Shown: positions 12,765 to 26,699 of the stretch, in pieces
Position numbering within the stretch: the first letter of the stretch is position 1
How the letters are laid out: each line of letters starts with the position of its first letter
Source: Octopus vulgaris
Lineage: Eukaryota
DNA length: 64,000 bases
Direction: 5' to 3'
NCBI GenBank assembly: GCA_951406725.2
Contig: OX597817.1
Location: 106,020,001-106,084,000 of the forward strand
Made by a program: the position numbers and the translations under genes
The notes under the pieces: generated by a model
Told to the model about the DNA's origin: nothing
Seen by the model: the letters and a program-made list of their open reading frames with translations, nothing else
Databases searched by the model: none

Positions 12765-13032
12765 TTAGGGCCAACCAAGTCCTTGTGAGTGGATTTGGTA
12801 GATGGAAACTGAAAGAAGCTCATCGTGTGTGTGCCTGTGTTTTTCCCTCTCCCACAGATTGACAACCAGTGTTAGTCTGTTTATGTCCATGTAACCTAGC
12901 AGTTCTGCAAAAGAGGCTGATAGAACAAGTACCAGGCCTAAAAAAATTTAAGTACTGGGGTCGATTCATTTGATTAAAAATTCAAGACAGTGCCTCAACA
13001 TGGCAGTAATTGAAACAAGTAAAAGATAAAAG
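12765..13032 (+). mobile_element. SINE family A, 5'-truncated
   Basis: Matches the family A body and tail (ccttgtgagtggatttggtaga…gaaacaagtaaaagataaaaga). Confidence 0.8.
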
Positions 13033-14944
13033 ACATATAAAAGTTTATATAAATATTTGTATATATATGGGAAACAAGCCATTTTTAGGCATGCATCTAA
13101 TATATGACTTTTGTAGCTTTAATAATTCATTGAGTTTTGTTTTATTATTATTTATTATTTTTCATATGTCTTTATGAGTTCCTTGCATTTTACTTGGAAT
13201 TGTAAAGTTCTTAAAGCAACTCATTAGTGTTTCTAATATTCATAGTTTCATCATCTGAATTAAAGCAATTTTGATATGTATTCTTGCCTCTTTATAACAG
13301 AACCAATGCAGTTGGTGTTGATGTTGTCACCAGAATTTGAATTTTCAGTTAGATTTGTACATCATCAGTCAGACATTTTACAGACACATTGTCTGTGTCT
13401 AGTGCCTTCCAGTCTCAGATTGCCCCATTACTGGGCAGACTTGAGATATAATTATAAGATATTCAATCACTAACAGACACACTCCAGCTTCTGGGCCATA
13501 AGTATACTGTTCCTCTCTCTGTATTTTCTATTGCCACAATAATGGCCTCTGTTCCTGGGAAATGGCTGGTCTCTCTCACCTCCCCCATTCAGGCACCCCC
13601 AATCCACTTGTCTCTCTGCCTGTCATCATCTTTGTTGCATCTAACCCCCAATTTTGACACCACACTAACCACTCTGCTCAATTCTTCCTCCATGGGCATT
13701 GACCCTCTGGAATATTCTCCCTACTCATGTCTTTCCTGCAGATGTTGACCTGCAACAGTTTAAACAAAGCATTAACAATGTCAGGCTCATCAGTCTTGCA
13801 GTGCTTCTAAAGGTCAGGGGCACTACCCCTCCTCCAAACATGGCAAGTGAAAACATATAATATTAGTGCTAATTTGTTTTAGTATAATGCATTTTAGTGT
13901 TCTGTTTTGCAAGGTTTTTAATAATCTGTTCATCTATTCAATAGTTAATATACAATAAATAATAATCATTATGTGTGGCTGGTGTATTTTTGATAGGTAT
14001 ATCATCTGAGATATTTGTTAAATTATATTTATTCTTGTATTGTTCAAAGCTCCATTTTCATTATTTAGTATGCTCGAATATTCATTGTTGATTACTGTTT
14101 GTTTTATTCTGAGGATCTTTTTATCACACAGCAAAATTTTATCCTCATAAAGATAACGTTTTGATGATGGATTTAGATACTTTACTGTTCCAAACAAATT
14201 ATACAAAACTCATACAAAAATATTAGAAAAAAAACACATAGATAAAAAGAAGATAAAATTAGAACAATGTTGTGCATTCAATACAATATGTTATATACAA
14301 ATGTATGTATATTTGTAGCTGTTTAGATTTGTATGTATGTACACAAGTATGTGCATGCATACATATAACTCTATAGCATAGCATATTGATTTGAAAGCTG
14401 GACACTTACAAAAGCAATAGAAAATAGATTAAATAGAACATATACCAAAATGTTAAAGAGGGTGAAGAATATCTCTTGGGAGCAACAGTTACTAAATTGC
14501 TTATTATATGAAAATAAACCCGCTTTAGCAGAAACCTTCAAACAGACTTAAATTTATAGGACTCTGTTGATGAATCAAATATGAAGTTATATACTAAATA
14601 TTACTTTGGAAACTAGTATATAGAATAAGAAGTAGCAGACATTTTCGAACTTATACACAAGACACAAAGGCTGAAGGAAACTGTATTACAGAGATATTGA
14701 AGGTTAAGGAAGTGCAGAAGGAAATGGTCAATGAGACACAAATGTGCTCAATACAACACAACATGACGTGTATGTGTGTGTGTGTCTGTGTCTGTGCTAT
14801 TGTGTTAGTGTTACATGAGTATAAAAGTAAATATTTCATTCTGTTTGTTTCACACAATTATCCAAGTGTGCACTGTTGATCTACAGAAGATGTAAAGCAG
14901 TGTTTGTAATGTTCTGCTTCCTATCATTGCAAGATCAGCGGTAT

Positions 14945-15362
14945 ATCTTTTATCTTTTACTTGTTTCAGTCATTTGACTGCAGTCATGCTGGGGCACCTC
15001 CTTGAAGGGGCTGTCAGTTGAACAAATCAACCCCAGGACTTACTTTTTTAAACGTAGTACTTATTCTATCAGTCTCTTTTGCCAAACAGCTAAGTTACAA
15101 GGACATAATTACACCAACACTGGTTCTCAAGCAATAGCAAGGGGACAAACACAGACACAAAGACACATGCACACAGAAACTCAAAGACACACATACACAC
15201 AGACTGGGTTTCTTTCAGTTTCCATCTACCAAATCCACTTACAAGGTTTTGGTTAGCCCAAGCCTATGGTAGAAGACACTTGCCCAAGGTGCAATGCAGT
15301 GGGACTGAACCCAGAATCATGTGGTTGGGAAGCAAGCTTCTTACCTTACAGCCATGCCAGCA
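14945..15362 (-). mobile_element. SINE family A, near full length
   Basis: Reverse complement of the family A copy at 22353-22750. Confidence 0.88.
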
Positions 15363-15571
15363 CTTTATTCATATGAAACCAATGAAATTTTGTTATATAG
15401 CTATCTACACACAACTACATTGTCTCACAATATGGTGTCCTCTAGTAGAGAGTTAATACAAAGGAGATAATCATTCCATCGTAGTATTTCACAGGATTAG
15501 AAGTTTGAATTTGTTATTAAGAAATATACGTATGTATTTAAACAATATTTTTCCTCACATATTGTGGTTAT

Positions 15572-15765
15572 TTAAAATTTGTAGTCAGTGGTAATCATGT
15601 ATAGCACTATTTCATTCTTTTTAGAAATCTTCAGCGTGACATAACCTGTGTTATATTAATTGAACATTTATGAAGCTAGACATTTCCTAATAATGGAAAA
15701 TAATTAGTTTGGACGAAATTCATAGTATGTGTATTTTCTTTTTTTTTGTTTGTTTTCTTTTTCAC
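15572..15765 (+). repeat. Unclassified dispersed repeat, copy 2 (copy 1 at 5975-6160)
   Basis: Colinear with 5975-6160; weaker similarity extends ~150 bp upstream. Confidence 0.75.
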
Positions 15766-16822
15766 TATAGAATGTGAGTTGTTTATCAATCTTGACAGAG
15801 AGTTCTTAGTCTCTATATACAGGGCAAGTGTTTCTAGGGTATTCTACCTTTGGAAGTTGTTTTATAGTAGCTAATATTTCAGTTTTAACTACAAACAAAA
15901 TTCCCTAGCCATTTTTGATAGATCCTTTGAGAAGTAAATACTTCATTACAAATGTATATTACGCATTTTAACAATAATAATCTACCACACACATAGACCT
16001 TTTTCTTTCTTTTTTTTCAGACAACATGTGTACTAAATTGTATCATTTATTTTTGAAGATAAGAAGATGAGTTTCAGGATGAATTGGCAACTACTTTTAG
16101 CAATCTAGCAAAATGGCTTTCTCACTATTAGTTGTTGGTAATTCTGGTCAAAATATTTTACAGATTATATGTGGATTTTGCATTTGCAAAACCTCTGCTA
16201 TTTTTCTTTTTTTTTTTTTCAATATTAATATAGCCTTAATAGTTTTTCTCTGTTGTATGCTTGTGATTTTGCCAATAATTTTCATATTATTTTCCTGTAT
16301 TTACCACCTTAGAATTACTTTACTGTACATATACACAACATGTATGCACATACACACACACACACACACATATGCCCACACACAAACATACACACATATC
16401 ATCATCATCGTTTTACGTACATTTTTCCATCCTGGTATCGGTTGGACAAGTGTCTCATCACCTGCTGTGGTTATTCATCTTCTAATGTGTACAACAGAAT
16501 GCAAAAATTGCTAAATCTTTATTTTTGTATATACATGTTTTATCACCAGATGGCCTTCCTATCACCAACCATTTTACAGTATGGCCTTTACATACATACA
16601 TATATAAATACGTGCACACACCCAACACAACACAACAGAAATAGGACTAAATATTTACTGGCTATTAAATGTTCAGATGAGAAATCTTATTGTGTTACAA
16701 CACAATTATAAATGTACATTTGTATGAATATTTGTATGTGTGTAGTGATTTAACTGGATACAGATTATGAAACAGTTAACAAATGGAGTAAACATTGCAT
16801 CCCTCAATCCTGAAATTGGTTC

Positions 16823-17080
16823 ATTATCATCATCATCATCATCATTATTATTATTATTGAGTGAGAGAGCAGTGCATGCCATCAAAGTGACACTGGGGTA
16901 AAATATACGAAGCCCAGTATACCCATCATGACTACCCGTCTGATAAGGGTACACCAGGTACATGCATCACAACCATATGTGCGCGACATGGTTTTCTCAT
17001 ATCAAGATAAACAGCACATGACCTTGTAGGTAGGGCCCAGTTAGAATTTTCTTCTGGTCGAGTAACCCATCCTGCTCAAA
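16823..17080 (-). mobile_element. Probable non-LTR retrotransposon 3' end with (AAT)n(GAT)n tail
   Basis: A GC/CpG-richer block bounded by trinucleotide repeats, with a simple-repeat tail on the minus-strand 3' side. The family is not identified. Confidence 0.45.
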
Positions 17081-17125
<45 letters not shown>

Positions 17126-17245
17126 TAGATAGATGCATACATACATACATGCATACATACATACATACATACATACATACATACATACATACATACATAC
17201 ATACATACATACATACATACATGTATGCATGCATGCATGCATGCA
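17081..17245. repeat. Compound microsatellite (ATT)n-(TA)n-(TACA)n-(TGCA)n
   Basis: Seen directly in the sequence. Confidence 0.95.
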
Positions 17246-17687
17246 TAGACAGGCAGACAAATAAATTGATATGCTCACACACATACACATAAACATATAC
17301 AAACATATACACACATGTGTACACATGCATGCACATAGGTGTTATATATGTGTGTATGAATTTGATGATCAGTGAGAAACTGCACAATGTTTAAATCATA
17401 TGAACAAGTCAGACAAGATCATAAGGTCAAAACACTCTGCAGTTTGTAACTAATCATTAAAAGTATTAATATATATTTATTCTCATTGGGTTTTTTTTCC
17501 ATTTCAATACTTTTATTACAAATATTAAATCTAGACATTCATTACATCATCATCATCATCATCATTTTAACATCTTCTTTTCCATGTTCATATAGTTTAC
17601 ATGGAACTTGTTGAGGCAGATCTTCTACAGCCAAATGCTCTTCCTGTTGCCAACCCTTACCTGTTTCCAAGCTAGATAATATATATG

Positions 17688-18068
17688 TTATCTTTTACTT
17701 GTTTCAGTCATTAGACTGCGGCCATGCTGGGGCACCATCTTGAAGAAGTTTAGTTGAACAAAACAACCCATTATATTTTTAAGCCTGGTGTTTATTCTAC
17801 CAGTCTCTTTTGCTGAACCGCTAAGTTACAAGGATGTAAACACGCCAACACCAGTTGTCAACTGGGGATGGGGTACAAATACAGACATAAAGACCACACA
17901 CACATAGCTACATTTATATATATGACAAGATTCTTTCAGGTCAGACCAAGGCTTCGGTCTATCCAAGGTTATATTAGAAGACACTTGCCCGAGGTGTCAC
18001 ATAATGGGACTGAACCCAAAACCATGTGGTTGAGAAACAAACTTGTTACTACACAGCCGCCTACGCCT
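17688..18068 (-). mobile_element. SINE family A
   Basis: Reverse complement of the family A tail and head. Confidence 0.85.
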
Positions 18069-18509
18069 ATATATGTGTATCTATGTGTGTGTGTGTGTGT
18101 ATACACATGTATATACATATATATATCATATGTATATATATATATATATATATATACACATGCATATACATATGTGTATATGATTACTCACATGCAAATT
18201 TACATATATAAAATGATGATAATATTTAACACAAGGTTGCATACAACAGGCTTCTTTCAGTTTCTGTTTATCAAACCCACTAATAAAGGTTTGGTCAGTA
18301 TATGGCTAGAGAAGACAACACTTGCCGAAGGTGTCCACACAGTGGGAGTGAACTAGGAATCATGTGGTTGAGATGGAAACTTCTTACCACACAGCTGTAC
18401 TTGCACCTATTGTTCACAAATATATCCTTTTTTTATTTTTTTTAGTTTTCTAGTGAGAAACTACATCCACCTGACTGACTGACCTTAGCTTTATTAACAA
18501 TAGACTAAT

Positions 18510-18894
18510 GGAAGCACTCCATCGGTTACGACGACGAGGGTTCCGGTTGATCCGAATCAACGGAACAGCCTGCTCATGAAATTAACGTGTAAGTGGCTGA
18601 GCACTCCACAGACACGTGTACCCTTAACGTAGTTCTCAGGGATATTCAGCGTGACACAGAGAGTGACAAGGCCGGCCCTTTGAAATATAGGTACAACAGA
18701 AACAGGAAGTAAGAGTGAGAGAAAGTTGTGGTGAAAGAGTACAGCAGGGATCACCACCATCCCCTGCCGGAGCCTCATGGAGCTTTAGGTGTTTTCGCTC
18801 AATAAACACTCACAACGCCCAGTCTGGGAATCGAAACCGCGGTCCTATGACCGCGAGTCCGCTGCCCTAACCACTGGGCCATTGCGCCTCCACG
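18510..18894 (-). mobile_element. Full-length, young tRNA-headed SINE family D
   Basis: The minus-strand head gtggaggcgcaatggcccagtggttagggc…ggtttcgattcc has A and B boxes. There is a 13-bp TSD acaatagactaat (18497-18509, 18895-18907), and the element is CpG-rich. Confidence 0.9.
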
Positions 18895-19099
18895 ACAATA
18901 GACTAATACATTATCCTGGAAATAACAACTTCAAGAGTAGTTAAAACACTTGTGTACACAGATAAGAACATAGTAACTCTTATCATCAGTCTCATCTGCA
19001 GCAAGGTCATCATAGCCATCATCATCATTGTTGTTGTCATTATCATCATCATTCTTATTATAACCAATTAGATCACTCAGATAACAAAAGTTTTCCTTT

Positions 19100-20000
19100 A
19101 CATCTAGCAAGCAGTTTAGATTTCATTCTATGGATAGCCTACTGTTAAGTGCTCATACAAATCTATAAAATCTAGTCCTGGCTTCTGTCATCTTTTCAGA
19201 GATCCTACTGCTTCTTTTGTGAACCTATTGTTTACACTTTGTCCCTTCATGCATATGAAGCTCACTCCCCAAATGTCACTGACATCATCATTCTCTGTCA
19301 ATAACTTGTGCTTATGGTCTGTGCTATAGTAACCTTTAAACCTTCTGCCTCTGGGTCTTACTTAAAAATTTGAAACATTTTCTTTACCATTTTGACAAAT
19401 CTACTATGAGAACTAGTTTGACAACACATTGAATCTCTCAATAACAACCATTCTTGAGTTGTCGTGTTAGAACCAGAAGTTCTATATCAGAACCTTGGTG
19501 AATTCCATCTGCACTTAATGTATTACTGTAATCACTATCAGTCTTAGCCTTGCTAGCAGCACCCTTGTAATATCTGTTGTGCCTTGTACATGCATGGCTT
19601 GAACAACTGTCACAAAGCATTTATCTACATCTTATTTTCTCAGCACTTACCATTTGCAAAAAGCTTTTGCAAATTTATTACAAGTATTTGTTTTTAGTTT
19701 ATAATTTTTCTTGCAATTGTCATCAGTAATATAATGTGCAGGCATCATTTGAAACTGTATCTTATCCAAATTAAGCTATTTCTTTGTTAACTTTGCTAAG
19801 TCTCCATCAACTACATTCAGTTTGAGATCTCTGTAAATGCACCTCCCAAGTGTCTGTCTTTCTTTGCCTCATATACTACTTTACTAATCACTGAAATTTT
19901 CACCATCCTGCATTACCTGAGCAACAAATAGATAAGCTATGTAGGATGGTACATTCAAACATTTTTAAGGAACATGTTACTTTCATTCACTAAACACATT
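19100..20000 (-). pseudogene. Highly decayed RTE-clade LINE reverse transcriptase fragment
   Basis: ORF 19438-19620 contains YKGAASKAKTDSDYSNTLSADGIHQGS, which resembles the RTE RT segment leading into GVHQGS. Many stops; boundaries are approximate. Confidence 0.5.
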
Positions 20001-21849
20001 GAAATAAATTCCATTGCTAAGCCCTTCTGTCAGTTTCATTTGGAATAGGTTTTTATTGTTTCACACATGTCCATTTTACTTCTCACATTAAATAACATTT
20101 CTGTACTTCTTTTCACAAAATTCTATACTAGTGTCATTTTAGACGCTTCTGTCCAATGACATCCAGATTAAATGAACACACTAGAATGCAATCTAGAATA
20201 TTTCACATTACATATCTCCATGCTGTAAAATATAAGAACTTACATAAATAAACCAGCTAGATATAGCTAACATCTTGCTAGATGCACCTTTATGTCTAGC
20301 TTCCCAGTATCATTTCTTGTTAATCCCTTTCTTCCACTCCTTCCAAGCTTGTTACTTAGTCCTTATGACTTTCTAGCTTTCTATTCTTCCTTTGTTATAT
20401 TGTCTGTTGCTTGGCTGATACATCACTCCATCTGCACAAATAGTTAAAGGCTTTTCTCATGAGAACATGCATCTGTTCTGCATGTAATAATTTGTTTTTT
20501 TAACATTTTCTTTTATATTTCTGAACAGGCATCATATATTCTAGCTGGATGTTATACTTAACCAGAAGGGTCTTTTACTTCCAGACTTTCCTTCTTCATT
20601 TTCATCTTCAATGAGATAACCTATATGAGGTCACAGAGCATGCTGAAAATAGCAGTTTCTAGCAAGATGAACAATCGTTTAGAGGCTCCCTCATTGTCTC
20701 ATATATTGAAGTGGCACAGAATGGTGATATTCCGTACTGTGTTAGTCATATACTACGTTGATGATGAACTTCATCATCTACATAATATACAGAAAATTTT
20801 TCCGAGGTAAAAAGAAATAATGTGGAACAAGATCAGTTGCAGGTATAGGGTTAACCAGTGTGAGATGAAGAGAGTACAGGTGAATGAAGAAAGCAGCTGG
20901 ATATTAAAGACATTAGACTACATATATGTAGAGAAACTCCTATATTGGTAGGGAAACTATGATGTTTGTGAATAAGGAATGTTTGTTGTTATTATTCAAC
21001 TACCTATGACCTTTGCTCAACAATATTCCAAATATAACTATACTCTGTGTGTGGTTGTGTGCATGTCTGTGTGTTTCTGCTTCTGTTTCTAGAACTCATA
21101 ATCCAATGCAGTTTTCTTTCTCAGAGAGTAGGTAATTTAATTTCATTGAAATATACCTGCTAATTCAAGCACATAGAGCAATCACATAAACGCTTTTCCA
21201 TAGTCATTGTTTTTGTTGTTTAGTGCCATTTAAGTTGAGTGAGGACTCAAATGTCACTATGTTATCTAAGACTTGACAATACAGTGTGTCCTTAATTTTT
21301 TTCCTTTCTTTCATTAAAGAAGTTAAGTCACTGATTGTCAAGAAAGAGTGCTGCAGTACACTGGTGCATCACAGATTTTTTAACAATACAATTTAAGTCT
21401 TTAGAAAATCCATATTAATGTTTGAACACCTTGAAAACGTGTTATTCGTATACACATGAGAAGCTATAATATTCTAGATCTTATTTCTTAATTTTTAACT
21501 TTAAAACAGTTTAATTTTCTTTTTATCTTTCTACGTGAAGAGATCCTGTAATGTTTATGTTTGATTTTTGATGTGTTATAAAGTCAAAATGATTGAAAAC
21601 AATAGTTATGGGGTATGATGAAAGGAAAACATAACTGATATTTCTAGCAGATTGAACAACAAAATAGAAGCGCCCTTATTGACTTGCCTTGCTGTTATTA
21701 ATGAAGAGTGTCTGAGTAAGTGGAAAACTGAGAACGAGAAATATGGCAGGAAACGATGTCAGATATCAGGATACTGGATCTCATGGATGAAGTGATGAAA
21801 GACAAGCATGATGTATGGCAACAGACATACTCAACAAAAACTAACACAG

Positions 21850-21850
<1 letters not shown>

Positions 21851-21888
<38 letters not shown>

Positions 21889-21925
21889 CGACGACGACGA
21901 CGACGGCGGTGGTGGTGGTGGTGGC
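21851..21925. repeat. Compound (GAT)n(GAC)n(GGT)n microsatellite
   Basis: Seen directly in the sequence. Confidence 0.95.
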
Positions 21926-21972
21926 TTTATTAATGGTGATGATTAGTGATAATGGCAATGTTGATTATGATG

Positions 21973-22118
21973 CTGTTGATAACAATATACATATCTTATC
22001 ATCATCGTTTAACATCTGTCTTCCATGTTAGCATGGGTGGGACTACTGTTGATAACAATATACATATCTAATCATCATCGTTTAACATCTTCCTTCCATA
22101 CTCGGCATGGGTGGGACT
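21973..22118. repeat. Tandem duplication (2 x ~73 bp) including a short RTE 3' tip
   Basis: ctgttgataacaatatacatatct…catgggtgggact is repeated at 21973 and 22046. Confidence 0.9.
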
Positions 22119-22139
22119 TAATATATTCACAAATTCATT

Positions 22140-22335
22140 AAGGTAGCAAGCTGAAAGAATTGTTAGCACTCCAGGTAAAATGCTTAGTGGCATTCCATCT
22201 GTCTTTATGTTCTGAGTTCAGATGCCACCAGGATTATTTTGCCTTTCATCCTTTTGGGATCAATGAAATAAGTACCAGTAATTGACTTACTGCCTTCCTC
22301 AAAACTGCTGGCCTTGTGTCAAAATATGAAACCAA
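22140..22335 (+). mobile_element. SINE family C
   Basis: aaggtagcaagctg…aaaatgcttagtggcatt…ttctgagttca…cctttcatccttt…aagtaccag. Confidence 0.8.
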
Positions 22336-22352
22336 TATATTAATATATTATA

Positions 22353-22750
22353 GGCGCAGGAGTGGTTGTGTGGTAAGTAGCTTGCTAACCAACCACATGG
22401 TTCTGGGTTCAGTCCTACTGCGTGGCATCTTGGGCAAGTGTCTTCTGCTATAGCCTCGGGCCGACCAAAGCCTTGTGAGTGGATTTGGCAGACGGAAACT
22501 CAAAGAAGCCCGTCGTATATATGTATATGTATATATGTATGTGTGTGTGTATGTTTATGTGTCTGTGTTTGTCCCCCTAGCATTGCTTGACAACCGATGC
22601 TGGTGTGTTTACGTTCTCGTTACTTAGCGGTTCGGCAAAAGAGACCGATAGAATAAGTACTGGGCTTACAAAGAATAAGTCCCGATTAAAGGCGGTGCTC
22701 CAGCATGGCCGCAGTCAATGACTGAAACAAGTAAAAGAGTAAAGAGTAAA
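22353..22750 (+). mobile_element. SINE family A, full length and young
   Basis: tRNA-like head (tggttgtgtggtaag…gggttcagtcc), internal TA/TG microsatellite and (AAAGAGT)n tail. CpGs are retained. Confidence 0.9.
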
Positions 22751-25139
22751 GTGTAATACAAATACATGTTTGCTCTTTTATGATTCTTTAATAGTTTTTT
22801 AAAAATTATATTGTGATCAAGCTACCACCTCAGATTTTAGTCAATAATTTCTATTCCAGTTATTTGTATCTGGTACTTATTTTATAGATCTAGTAATGGA
22901 ATAAAAGACAAAGTCTACTTTGTCATATAAGACCATGAACAAGAACTGCATACCACAAGGTATTTCTGTTCAGCCTTCCCTCATTGATACACACACGTGT
23001 GTGTGTGTGCATGCATGCGTGTGTGTGTGCATGCATGCGTGTGTGTACTGTGTTTTGGAATAGGCACATTGTTCTTATGTATTGTAAGAGGTGACAGGAA
23101 GGACATATGGCTTCTTTGGAGGTGGGGGTGAGAGCTTCCAACCCATAGCATCACAGAAAATCAGATGTAAAATGATGTTGGTTATGATGCACAGGATAAG
23201 GATGATGATGAGGGTGATGATGTGTGATGTTGACAATAATGAGAAAGAGGAGAAGGATGACAATGAGGGTGATGATGAAGACAATAAAGATGATGTTAAT
23301 GATGATGGTGATAGTTTGATGAAACTATATTTAACAATAAGGAAATTCTAATATCATGACAAATTGTTTCATAACTTAAAAACATGCAGATAATTTATAT
23401 TATTATATTTAATAATTAATAAATTACTTACATGTCTGCATTAATGCAAAATGCAAAAAAATCCTTCAAAATGATGTGGAACTTAAGCTAAGTTGTTTTG
23501 TTTTGTATCATAGTATATGTTCTGTATGGTTTTTGGAATGATACACTAAGGAGCTTTTTCTATGAGTGCTACCAGATTACTTGAATCCACATACTGTGAC
23601 TTAAGTATATATATTTATCTATCTTCTATATGAAATCTGAGTATCAAGTTTCACTCACATGGCTTTGATCGACCCCATGATTATAGTACAAGACACTGTC
23701 CCTGAGTGCAACACAGTGCAATGGGAACATCCTTTCTCCAGAAATGTGTAATTGTAAAGCAAACCTTCTTAGCTACACAGTCATTCAGAAATATTTATAT
23801 GCCTACAGATACAATAGATACACACTTACATATATACACACGCACATGCACTCACTCACACACACATACATCATGCATGCACATGCACACACACGCACAC
23901 ATGCACACATACATATTTCAAACACCCAATAACTAACCCATTGTCCATGCAAAAGGCACAGCAATTCAAAGGACATTATCTTAGGTTACCCACCACCCAA
24001 CCCTCACCACTACCATCACCACCTCCACTATCACCACCATCCCCTCTCTGACAGCCATATATACCATCAGTAGCCACATATTTTTGAAAGGCATCATTAC
24101 TTCTTATCTTGGTATTTAGATCTTCAATGCACTCGCGCACACAGCAACAACGTCATCATGCTTGAAAATCTTTGTCAGCTCTTTCCTTCTTTTATTTATT
24201 TATGTATTTATTTGCAATCACTTCTTTTTTTTTTCTGCTTTGCAGCTGACAATAAAAAAAAATCAATTCTTTGACATCATCAATTGCATCATTAGTAGGG
24301 TAAAGCTTATCCTTTTCACAATACTTCAACCCTGCCATTGTGATTCTCTTGTTCCTTCAATGGGATTGTATCATGCAAGCAAGGGCAAAATTTGTTGTTC
24401 TTGCATTTTTTGTTTTTGCTTTTTTTGTTTTTTTAAGAGTTATCATATCAAACCTGAAAGTGCACCACCACCACCCTGCCTCAATCCTCACCCTCTCCTA
24501 CCCTGTCTTTTATCCTTTCTTGATTTTTTTTTCTTTTCTGATTCTAAATTTCCAGATTCATCCTCAACTGCAATTTCATCAGATATTTGTAGATTAACAT
24601 GAAATAAAGGACATGAACGAAACATTGTGAAGATAAAACTAAGAATGCTATTTTCTTTTTCTTTTTTTTTTATGAAGTCAGCAGTAATTTCTCTAAGAGA
24701 CATTTTCTATGATGAAGCAACTTCTAGAGAAGATGATTAAATCAGCATTACAGTGGCTTTTATTTAATATGTCTTATAGTGGTTTTTGTTTGTTTGTTTT
24801 TGGTTTGGGTTGTTTTTTCAGCTGCTAGTTTCTTTTTAAGTAATGTTAACCATTAAACTGAGAAATATGAATTAAATCTAAAATAGCCAATGAAATACAC
24901 TAAGGCCATAAGAATTCAAGAGCTTAATCTCAAAGTGTGTCTCTTTTTTGATAATAGTAGAAATGTGTAAATCTTTGAGCTTTTCCCAATTATCAAATAT
25001 GCAATGCTAGTTGTTCTTGTTGTTGTTAGTGTTATTGCTGCTGCTGCTGTTGTTGTTTAAATTCAGATCAATCCTCACTGAGAAGATCTATGATTAAAAA
25101 GACTTGGCTATTACATCCTTCTCTCTGTATTGCACCTGT

Positions 25140-25345
25140 AAGGTAGCAAGCTAGCAGAATCATTGGCATGCCAGGCAGAGTGCTTACTGGCATTTGGTCT
25201 GTCCTTACATTCTGAGTTCAAATTCTGCTGAGGTCGACTTTCAGGATTGATAAAATAAGTACTAGCTGAACACTGGGAGTTGATGTAATCAACTAGTTTC
25301 CTTCCCCAAAACTGCAGGCCTTGTGCCTATAGTAGAAAGGATAAT
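25140..25345 (+). mobile_element. SINE family C
   Basis: Colinear with copies at 30645 and 53483. Confidence 0.8.
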
Positions 25346-25604
25346 TACATTCCCCATTCATGAGAGAAATGTTGCTGCTATTTCCTGCCTGGCAGAGGAT
25401 CTCTTATTGACTCATGATAGTTATTAGCTTTAAATAATGGTTGTTACATTCAAAACATGAAAATATCCTCTTTTGATCAAAATGCATTCTTCAATCGATT
25501 TTATACTTTTTATATTGTACCACTACTGTAGGGAATTCTTCTGCATTAATATCCTGAATTGATTTATAATTAATTTATTTAGTAAAATTAATAAGTCACT
25601 GACA

Positions 25605-25965
25605 TTACTGTGCAGTTAAGAAACTTGCTTTGCAGTTACATGGTTTCAGATTCAATCCCACTATCTGGCATCTTGGGCAAGTGTTTTACTATAGCCCAGG
25701 ACTGATCAATGCCTTGTGAGAAACTGTGTGGAAACCCATCATATTTGTGTGTATGTGTGTGTGTTTTCCTCCTCCTCCCCTGCTTGACAACCAGTGTTGG
25801 CTTGTTTACATTCCCTCAATTTAGCAGTTTGGTGAAAAATACCTAGAGAGTAAGTACCAGACTTTAAAAATAAGTACTAGGGTCAATCTCTTCAGCTAAA
25901 GCCTTTCAAAGCAGAGCCCCAGTATGGCTGCCATCCAGTGACTGAAACAAATGATTAAAAGATAA
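25605..25965 (+). mobile_element. SINE family A (older)
   Basis: Colinear with 22353-22750. Confidence 0.8.
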
Positions 25966-26288
25966 AAAAAAAAAAGAAACAAAAAATTAACAAGATTTAA
26001 CAGTTGGATTGGAATACTTCAAAGTAAATTGCAATCACTTATGAATTCCTGTGAAACTTGTGGAAGTATGTTGTTTGTGACTTTTAAACCAGTGTCCCCA
26101 AATACTGCACTGCAGTGTACTGATGCGTTAAAGGGAGTACCTAGAATCACTGTGGATTTTGAGAAATATGATTTGAGATCTTAGGAAATCTGCTGTGAAA
26201 AAAATGTATTATTCCTAATTTATTCCCAGTGTTATTCCTAATTTTGTTATACGCAATTATTTTTCATAAAACAAAGTTACCATACATA

Positions 26289-26662
26289 GGTGAAGGTGTG
26301 GCTGTGTGGTAAGAAGCTTGCTTCCCAACTACACGGTTCCAAGTTCAGTCCCACTGCATGGCACCTTGGGCAACTGTCATCTACTCTAGCCTTGGGCCAA
26401 CAAAAGCTTTGAGTGGATTTCGTTGCTGGAAACTGAAAGAAGTCCATTGTGTGTGTGTGTGAGTCTTTGAGTCTGTGTTTGTCCCAACTATTGCTTGACA
26501 ACTGGTGCTGGTGTGTTTATGTTCCCATAACTTAGTGGTTCAGCAAGAGACTGATAGAATAAGTACCAGACTTGCAAAAGTAAGCACTAGGGTTGATTAA
26601 TTCAACTAAAAAGTTCTCCAATGGCCACAGTCTAATGACTGAAACAAGTAAAAGATAAAAGA
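26289..26662 (+). mobile_element. SINE family A
   Basis: Colinear with 22353-22750. Confidence 0.88.
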
Positions 26663-26699
26663 TATGTGGCCTGGATTTAGAATAGGGACACTGTCTCTT

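Noticed and set aside
18800-18894. tRNA gene (also the heads at 9598, 22353 and 41300)
   Set aside because: A/B boxes are present but there is no complete cloverleaf or acceptor stem, and the sequence continues into a repeated SINE body with a TSD.
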